Of a stretch of DNA of 64,000 nt, positions 58,245 through 64,000 are shown piece after piece. A program made the position numbers and the translations under genes. Numbering within the stretch: the stretch's first letter is position 1; every line of letters starts with the position of its first letter. A model generated the notes under the pieces. The model made no database searches and was not told the DNA's origin. It worked only from the letters and a program-made list of their open reading frames with translations. This stretch comes from a virus: the IMG/VR virus record IMGVR_UViG_3300008267_000030, positions 1 through 64,000 of that record; one strand, written 5' to 3'.

Positions 58245-58914
58245 TGTTTCTTTGTTTCAGCCTTTGTGGTAACGATTCCAGTATGTCTGTTGTTTTGGCG
58301 GTTTGTATTTTGGCCTCGCTTGAACCCATAAACAACTCCCACCTAATCCTTTCCGCCTGTTCCAAAATCTCCGGAGCGCTCAGCGTCATGGCCATTTTCA
58401 ACTTCATTTTAGCCTCTCGCTTGTCCATGTCTCCAGTAACATACCGGCTGGCCTCAGTAAGTACCAGAAAGTAGTTTTCCATTGTGGCAAAATACAAAGC
58501 GGTCTTGCTGCCAAAATGAAATATTACCCAGGCAAACTGCAGTTTTAACACCTCATCGTTTCTTAGCAACCCGACAATTTCGTCCTGCCTTTCCTGCTCA
58601 AACAAATATACCTCAAGGCCCTTTCCCTCAATTAACTTAAATGCCTCAGATTCTTCGTCTGTTGACTCCGCATTGTCAATGCCATATTCCAGGTCATCCA
58701 GAATATTTAAAAGCGCCATGCTCACGCTGGAGTTGTTTAGCCGTGAATCTCCGCCGGAATAGTACGTCTCAAACACTTTGATCCACATATCCCGCTCTTC
58801 TTTTGAAAGTTCGCAATTCTGATATGCCGGGCTGTCAAAAAACGGCTCAAACGTATTTATGGCTTTGCCATTTTTAAAATCTTCGATAATCTGGCTCATA
58901 GCGTTATCTGGCAA
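58234..58914 (-). CDS. Hypothetical acidic helical protein (terminase small subunit candidate)
   Basis: 226 aa, near terL; function inferred from position only. Confidence 0.45.
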   Translation of the reverse strand: MPDNAMSQIIEDFKNGKAINTFEPFFDSPAYQNCELSKEERDMWIKVFETYYSGGDSRLNNSSVSMALLNILDDLEYGIDNAESTDEESEAFKLIEGKGLEVYLFEQERQDEIVGLLRNDEVLKLQFAWVIFHFGSKTALYFATMENYFLVLTEASRYVTGDMDKREAKMKLKMAMTLSAPEILEQAERIRWELFMGSSEAKIQTAKTTDILESLPQRLKQRNNEK

Positions 58915-59645
58915 ATTATTTCGTCCGTCTCAATCCCGTAGTACGTCTGATTTCTCAAGCAGGTTTTAAAATTAGGGTCGTTATCGTGGTTGTAGTCCCT
59001 AATGTTAATCTCGATTGGTATTGCCCAGTCAAAATTGTAAAGGACCAAATCCCCCTTTCTTTCCTCGCTAATAATCTCAAATACGGTATAAGTGTTTCTG
59101 ACCATGTCTCTATTTTCATCGAGCAGGGCCAGACTTGAGTATTGACTTCTGAATATTTTGTCGTACAGGTCTTCTCTCTGGACGCAAAAGTTATATCCAG
59201 TTTTGTACCTGTGGACGTATGATGCCGTTGGAGTATATCTCGGGTCTGGGTTGACGCTGTTTAACTTGTGAGTCCTTTCAACGTCAACTTCCTTTATCTC
59301 CAATATTGTATTTCCATATATTTTCCCGTCCCGCTCGTAGGCAATAATATTTTGCTTATTTGCTATTTGAGGAAAGGCATGATGGCTATCCTGCCAGGCA
59401 TTATTGTACAAATTGAAATCGCTTAATACCCGGTCCCCCTTTTGAAGTTTACAGATATTGCCGTACAAATCTGGGGCTGGGTTCTCTTGCTCAACAGTAC
59501 CGTATCTGGCCAGGTGGTTTATTAAACTCTGGTCGATATGTATCCCTGCCTCAATTTCAAATCCAGAATCCGTAGAATAATAATCCCTGGTCCTGCTTCT
59601 TGCCTCAAGTAAAATGTATTTGGCTCCTAATCCTTTGTATTCCAT
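58896..59645 (-). CDS. GroES-like domain protein
   Basis: KYILLE...STDSGF.I...YGTV...LQKGDRVL resembles Cpn10; a second RKGDLVLY segment follows. Confidence 0.5.
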   Translation of the reverse strand: MEYKGLGAKYILLEARSRTRDYYSTDSGFEIEAGIHIDQSLINHLARYGTVEQENPAPDLYGNICKLQKGDRVLSDFNLYNNAWQDSHHAFPQIANKQNIIAYERDGKIYGNTILEIKEVDVERTHKLNSVNPDPRYTPTASYVHRYKTGYNFCVQREDLYDKIFRSQYSSLALLDENRDMVRNTYTVFEIISEERKGDLVLYNFDWAIPIEINIRDYNHDNDPNFKTCLRNQTYYGIETDEIICQITL

Positions 59646-59646
59646 G

Positions 59647-60060
59647 TTATTTTATTTTTCCCACTATAAGCATTGCGGCATCCCGCTCTTCGCTGTTTGT
59701 CCTCTTTTTCCAGCCAGTGTACAAATGAAATTCCCTACCATCCACTTTTGACCTTAACGGCCTAACTAATTCGTATGTCCTGCTCATATACTGGCAATAC
59801 TCTTCAAGAAGTTTGCCAATCTGCCAATTAGCGCCAACATTGGCTCCAATCTTTGCTGCGGTAAATTTGTTTTGAGTCGGATGGTAATTGTGTGTCTTAT
59901 TTAACCAACCGCCCTCAATTACAATATGAGCGTCTGCATTGGCATCCAAAAAATCTATCAAAGACCAGAAATCCATCGTATGCAATTGCTCTAATTTGCC
60001 ATCAATAGCAACAGCAACTCCGCTACGCCTTATGTCTGGGTCTATTCCAATAAATCTCAC
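59647..60060 (-). CDS. RuvC-like Holliday junction resolvase
   Basis: FIGIDPD...SGVA...IVIE...NSEERDAAML. Confidence 0.8.
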   Translation of the reverse strand: MRFIGIDPDIRRSGVAVAIDGKLEQLHTMDFWSLIDFLDANADAHIVIEGGWLNKTHNYHPTQNKFTAAKIGANVGANWQIGKLLEEYCQYMSRTYELVRPLRSKVDGREFHLYTGWKKRTNSEERDAAMLIVGKIK

Positions 60061-60245
60061 TGCGTTCTGTGTCTTATTACATCCCTACTTAAACCATCCT
60101 TTCGCAAAACAACAACATCTTCCGTAATCATTCGCAGAGTAATTGTGTTTTCTTCTTCAATTATTACCCTACCTTCTTGCCATTTTGAAACCTTGTTCTC
60201 TTTATACCTGACAAAGTCTCCTTTCTTAAAACGATTCGCCTCCAT
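60057..60245 (-). CDS. Small SH3/KOW-like protein
   Basis: MEANRFKKGDFVRY...W.EGRV; internal ATG at 60245. Confidence 0.55.
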   Translation of the reverse strand: MEANRFKKGDFVRYKENKVSKWQEGRVIIEEENTITLRMITEDVVVLRKDGLSRDVIRHRTQ

Positions 60246-60528
60246 CGGTCTTTTTTCTATTCCTTGATTTTTCGCAATACGTCTTGCCCTCCTGGCTAAT
60301 TTTGTAGTAAACCTTAGTGCCAAAAGAAGTTTTGTCTCTTAACACTACTTTAATGAACCCTATTTTTATCAATTCATTACAAGTTCTAACTTGTAACTCT
60401 TCCTCTCTCAGGTCGGCAATCCAGGCTTTTTCATTATCCTCAATACACAAAGTATGGTCGCTGTCCATAAGGAACAGCAACCTCTTCTGTGCTTGTGATT
60501 TTATTTTAGATTGCCTTATTGCCATCAA
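60226..60528 (-). CDS. Hypothetical protein, winged-HTH-like
   Basis: TCNELIKIGFIK...YYKISQEGK. Confidence 0.55.
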   Translation of the reverse strand: MMAIRQSKIKSQAQKRLLFLMDSDHTLCIEDNEKAWIADLREEELQVRTCNELIKIGFIKVVLRDKTSFGTKVYYKISQEGKTYCEKSRNRKKTDGGESF

Positions 60529-60944
60529 AAAGGAAGATCATCTGAAAACGATTGGCTTGCCGGAAGGCTTACTGGGGTTGTTGTTGCCTGAGCCTCTTTT
60601 GGCGATGATGATGTTTGAGCAGCACTTTCGCCAGACTTTCTCAGAATTTCCAACTGATTGACAAATACGTCCAGGCTTGCCCCCTGTACACCAGAATTTG
60701 TAGTGTAAACTCTGACTGGATTTGGCCTGCAATTAACCAAAACCAAGTCCCCTTTCTTTGGCATATCAAGCGCATTTGCCTGCTGATTTGCAGCCAGCCA
60801 CTTGCCACAATTGACCCAAAGGGTTTGATTATTTCCGTCTTTGTCTTTTCCGGCATAGACGGCAACACTGTACTCGATAACGGATTTCCCGCCCACACTT
60901 TTAACTTCGGCATCTTTGCCCACATTTCCTGTAAATTGAAACAT
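60525..60944 (-). CDS. ssb: Single-stranded DNA-binding protein
   Basis: TGNVGKDAE...SVAV...T.WV...KKG..V.V; C-terminal DDLPF. Confidence 0.93.
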   Translation of the reverse strand: MFQFTGNVGKDAEVKSVGGKSVIEYSVAVYAGKDKDGNNQTLWVNCGKWLAANQQANALDMPKKGDLVLVNCRPNPVRVYTTNSGVQGASLDVFVNQLEILRKSGESAAQTSSSPKEAQATTTPVSLPASQSFSDDLPF

Positions 60945-60946
60945 AA

Positions 60947-61333
60947 TTATAAATTTTCGTTTGGTAAAGGTATTAAAATTGAATATTCTGTCAAAGCCCA
61001 AATGCGAATATTTTCGTAATACTGCTCCGCTTGTTCTGTTGTAAGACCGGTTGTGCTTTTTGCAAACCGCTCTACCTCTCCTGTGATCTGGTTTGGTTTT
61101 TCGTAGGCAAGAAACAGCCTTTTTAGAACATCGTGCATTTCATCCGGAAGGTATCCAAACTCGTCGCTTAGAATTTTTACCACAACTCCCCAGTAATACT
61201 TGTTCTCTTGACTGGAACGCTTTTTCCTAAATTTTTTAATGGTTACAACTTGTAACCCCTTCAGGTGTTTTAGCGTGTTGTACAAACTCTGTTTCTGATG
61301 GTCTTTGTCAAAATCCACTGCCAGCGTTATCAT
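60947..61333 (-). CDS. NinB/Orf-like recombination accessory protein
   Basis: KRSSQENKYYWG...EMHDVLK..FL...STTGL. Confidence 0.75.
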   Translation of the reverse strand: MITLAVDFDKDHQKQSLYNTLKHLKGLQVVTIKKFRKKRSSQENKYYWGVVVKILSDEFGYLPDEMHDVLKRLFLAYEKPNQITGEVERFAKSTTGLTTEQAEQYYENIRIWALTEYSILIPLPNENL

Positions 61334-62660
61334 AGTTACTCATTCGCATTAGTGGTCCATCAAATCTTAAAGCAATCTGGCCAGTGTTCCCAGAACGCAT
61401 CTTTGCCTGGTCTATGATGCATACGTTTGCAAGGTCATAGGACTTCCCAGATATTTCCACCTGACCGGTCATTTTGTAGTAATCCGGCCTCATAAGAAAC
61501 CAAACGCAATCGGCATCCTGCTCAATACTTCCAGATTCACGAAGGTCAGATAACTGAGGCATTTTGTCCGGCCTTTCCTCCACACGCCTGCTTAACTGGC
61601 TAAGCGCAATTACGGGTATGGCTAACTCTCTGGCAAGTATTTTTAGACCTCTGGAAATCTCAGCAATGTCATTTTCTCGGTTGTTTCCTTTCTTGTCGGA
61701 CCCGGACATCAACTGCAGGTAGTCAATGAACAAAACCTTAATGCCATACTTTTTCTGCCACATGATTGCCCGGCTTCTTAATTTCCTAAGATTCATTTCG
61801 CCCTCGTCAAAAATCCGGATGTTCCAACCTCGCATTTTCTGCTTGCAAACATTTAGCGTGTTTTTCTCCCATTCGCTTAACTCCCCGCTTTTAATCTTAA
61901 AGGCAAACACCTGACTTTCCTGACTTACAAGCCTTTGCGCAAGTTCATGTTTAGACATTTCAAGACTAAAAATGCCGCATGGTATTCCCTGCTTTGCAAG
62001 GTTTCTAATAAGCGAAACTACAAGCGCCGTCTTACCTTGCCCTGGCCTTGCGCCCACAATTGTAAGTTCTCCGTCCGTTAAGCCTCCAGAAATTCTGTCC
62101 AATTCTGCAAGTCCGGTTGAATGCCCGCTAAGCCCGTTATTTGACCCCTTTAGCCATTTCTTCTGCGTATCTTCTAATACATCGTCAAAGGTCTGCTCCC
62201 CTCCACCTATTGCGTTTTGTAGCAGTTTTTCGGTCTCTGTTTGCATTGATGCTATGTGTGAAAAAACATCTACATCATCCTCGTTTGCTTTAATTAGCAA
62301 CTCCCTGGCCATGTTTGTTGCAGCCCTCCTTATATACATTTCCAGCAATATCCGTGCATGATTTTCAGCATGACCAAAATGGGTCGGCGCCGATACGATT
62401 TTTGCAAGACCGGCGGCCCCCCCTATAATCTGGAAAGATTTATTGGTTTTCATGTCATGAACCGTTGAGATCATGTCAACTGGTTTATCTTCCTCGTACT
62501 GCCTTTTTATTGATTCAAAAACTGCTCTGTTTCCTTCGTCGTAGAAAACCTGAGAGTTTGGTATGATGCTCATGCAAACCATTAGGTCATCTGGCATCAA
62601 AAACATTGCAGTCAAAACTGATTTTTCTGCATCTAAATCGAAAAATTTTCCCGTTTTCAT
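61308..62660 (-). CDS. dnaB: Replicative DNA helicase
   Basis: GARPGQGKT, FSLEM, IDYLQL, LSQLSR, SDLRESGSIEQDAD. Confidence 0.96.
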   Translation of the reverse strand: MKTGKFFDLDAEKSVLTAMFLMPDDLMVCMSIIPNSQVFYDEGNRAVFESIKRQYEEDKPVDMISTVHDMKTNKSFQIIGGAAGLAKIVSAPTHFGHAENHARILLEMYIRRAATNMARELLIKANEDDVDVFSHIASMQTETEKLLQNAIGGGEQTFDDVLEDTQKKWLKGSNNGLSGHSTGLAELDRISGGLTDGELTIVGARPGQGKTALVVSLIRNLAKQGIPCGIFSLEMSKHELAQRLVSQESQVFAFKIKSGELSEWEKNTLNVCKQKMRGWNIRIFDEGEMNLRKLRSRAIMWQKKYGIKVLFIDYLQLMSGSDKKGNNRENDIAEISRGLKILARELAIPVIALSQLSRRVEERPDKMPQLSDLRESGSIEQDADCVWFLMRPDYYKMTGQVEISGKSYDLANVCIIDQAKMRSGNTGQIALRFDGPLMRMSNYDNAGSGF

Positions 62661-62662
62661 GA

Positions 62663-63352
62663 TTATTTAAAATTGAATTTAACCTCTGTTGATTTTGTAA
62701 ATGTTTGTTCTTTGGACTTAATCTCGTCTGCCTTTTCCTTCCAAGTTCCAGAAACTGCTGATTTCCAGTTTTTCATAGGACTTCTTCCTACCAACCATCC
62801 TTTGCTTTCATAAAAATTCCAGAACTTATCAGCAAACATCTTTGCCTGATTTGCAGTAAATCCATGCTTGTCCTTTGCGTACTCCAAAACCTCCTCAAGG
62901 GTCGGTTTTAAAAATTTTTGTACATATAATGTTTCTTTTGTATTCTGTTTATTTAGTAGGTGTACATTTTGTACATCGGGGCAGTGTACATTTTGTACAC
63001 CGGAAACCTCGATTTCCCGGTGTACATTTTGTACATCGGTAGCATCCTGAGACTCGCCGTAAATGATGTAACCCTTGCCGGCAAATCTGGTCCCCTGGGA
63101 GACTACATCAACCTCAAACAGGTAGCCAGCATTTTTCAATTCTTGAAAACACTTGTCAACGATCCTGCGACCAACCCGTAACCTTTCCTGCAAATCGTTT
63201 TTTCGGATAACCCAATCATCCGGGAGGCAAAGGATTGAAACCAAAACGCCAAGCGACTCCATGCTTAATCGTTCGTCTGTGATTGTTTTGTTTAGGATGA
63301 CCGTAAAATTTACCTCTGCTTTGGCCTTCCTGATGTAAATCTGATTTTCCAT
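62663..63352 (-). CDS. Replication initiator (wHTH N-terminus, iteron-containing)
   Basis: NFT.I.N....D.RLS...G.L...LP.DW; C-terminal FWNFYESKGW..G..PMKNWK; directly upstream of dnaB. Confidence 0.85.
   Translation of the reverse strand: MENQIYIRKAKAEVNFTVILNKTITDERLSMESLGVLVSILCLPDDWVIRKNDLQERLRVGRRIVDKCFQELKNAGYLFEVDVVSQGTRFAGKGYIIYGESQDATDVQNVHREIEVSGVQNVHCPDVQNVHLLNKQNTKETLYVQKFLKPTLEEVLEYAKDKHGFTANQAKMFADKFWNFYESKGWLVGRSPMKNWKSAVSGTWKEKADEIKSKEQTFTKSTEVKFNFK
62960..63039. repeat. Three 20-bp iterons, probable replication origin
   Basis: GTGTACATTTTGTACAYCGG at 62960, 62984 and 63020, next to an AT-rich tract. Confidence 0.85.
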
Positions 63353-63356
63353 AAAT

Positions 63357-63447
63357 AAAAAAATCCTTTGTCAGCCTTTCGGGGTAGCGGTCCCTACTTG
63401 GCTAACAAAGGACATGAATGTTTTAAACTCATCGCCGCTACTCGATG
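63357..63447 (-). promoter_or_regulatory. Structured leader: two hairpins with complementary loops plus a terminator U-tract
   Basis: CATCG-AGTAGCGG-CGATG hairpin; 13-bp stem enclosing loop ACCGCTAC; then T7 just before the initiator ATG. Confidence 0.7.
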
Positions 63448-63461
63448 GTCCGAAGACGCAG

Positions 63462-63494
63462 CAAATGTAGAATATTTACTAACTTGCAAACAAA
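63462..63494 (-). promoter_or_regulatory. Bacteroidota primary-sigma promoter for the replication operon
   Basis: TTTG (63494-63491), 21-nt spacer, TACATTTG (63469-63462). Confidence 0.7.
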
Positions 63495-63498
63495 AACA

Positions 63499-63822
63499 AT
63501 GAAAAATATTATTGCAGTTTTATTGCTGTTTGCCGCTTCTTGCACCAGCGAACAACGTGAAAACATTAAAATTCAGGGAGAAGCCTACGAGGCAAAACCA
63601 GAATTGGTCATCGACAGCGTTTTGACTGCCCGGGTTGCCGCACTGGAAAAACACGCTCATTTCCAGGATTCAGTTATCAAGGTTCTTGCGCTTCATGCAA
63701 CTCATGCAGACAGCGTAAACGTACAGAAACAATTTAAGTCAGATCGTGCCGAGCGTAGAGGCCGTTTTCTGGGCGGTTTGATTAAGGGCCTGATTCCAGG
63801 TCTATCCGGAGCCGGTCGTTGA
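63499..63822 (+). CDS. Lipoprotein (possible spanin/lysis-associated)
   Basis: MKNIIAVLLLFAAS-C lipobox and coiled coil. Confidence 0.7.
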   Translation: MKNIIAVLLLFAASCTSEQRENIKIQGEAYEAKPELVIDSVLTARVAALEKHAHFQDSVIKVLALHATHADSVNVQKQFKSDRAERRGRFLGGLIKGLIPGLSGAGR

Positions 63823-63849
63823 TTTAACACATATCTCTGAGCCTGTACG

Positions 63850-64000
63850 ATGAATTTTAATCGCATTATGCAAGCAGTGTCCTACGGGGTGATAACAATC
63901 ATGACCTGTGGGCTGCTTGCGGGTGTGGGATACCTTTACAAATTTGACAAAATAAATCCGTCAGACGGGATATTAGTTTACGTCCTGGGCCAGTTTATTA
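63850..64000 (+). CDS. Membrane protein, truncated by the window end (holin-like)
   Basis: MNFNRIMQAVSYGVITIMTCGLLAGVGYLY...ILVYVLGQFI, open to the window end. Confidence 0.5.
   Translation, partial: MNFNRIMQAVSYGVITIMTCGLLAGVGYLYKFDKINPSDGILVYVLGQFI

Noticed and set aside
54344-62660. Inteins or introns in the terminase or DnaB
   Set aside because: Lengths and motif spacing are normal, with no splicing motifs.
62960-63039. CRISPR-like direct repeats
   Set aside because: Spacers are only 4 and 16 bp, the repeats are in-frame inside a gene, and there are no cas genes; iterons fit better.
11126-63338. Many + strand ORFs opposite the late genes (e.g. 22164..22793, 45152..45703, 52195..52683)
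   Set aside because: They are antisense shadows of long - strand genes, with no motifs or initiation signals.
11066-63352. Stop-codon recoding as in some crAss-like phages
   Set aside because: Genes up to 12 kb are open in the standard code and tile the strand, and TAG/TGA act as real stops.

Overview
This window is most of the genome of a Bacteroidota-infecting tailed phage read in the standard genetic code. (1) 1-11 kb, + strand: an early region of about 30 small genes, including a RadC/JAB protein, small membrane proteins and RecT plus a lambda-type exonuclease. (2) 11-59.6 kb, - strand: a crAss-like podovirus virion module with tail fibre, hub proteins, major capsid, scaffold, portal, muzzle, ring proteins and terminase. 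Its ejection-protein block holds a 4026-aa GNAT + N6-methyltransferase + Strawberry-notch helicase polyvalent protein and a ferritin, and I see no virion RNA polymerase. (3) 59.6-63.4 kb, - strand: a lambdoid replication block with RuvC-like resolvase, SSB, NinB-like protein, DnaB and an iteron-containing initiator. The most unusual signals are non-coding: two armless tRNA-like cassettes in the early operon, a 3'-end segment antisense to a recurring early-gene leader motif, and a kissing-loop terminator ahead of the replication initiator. All product calls come from motif recognition by eye; no database searches were run.
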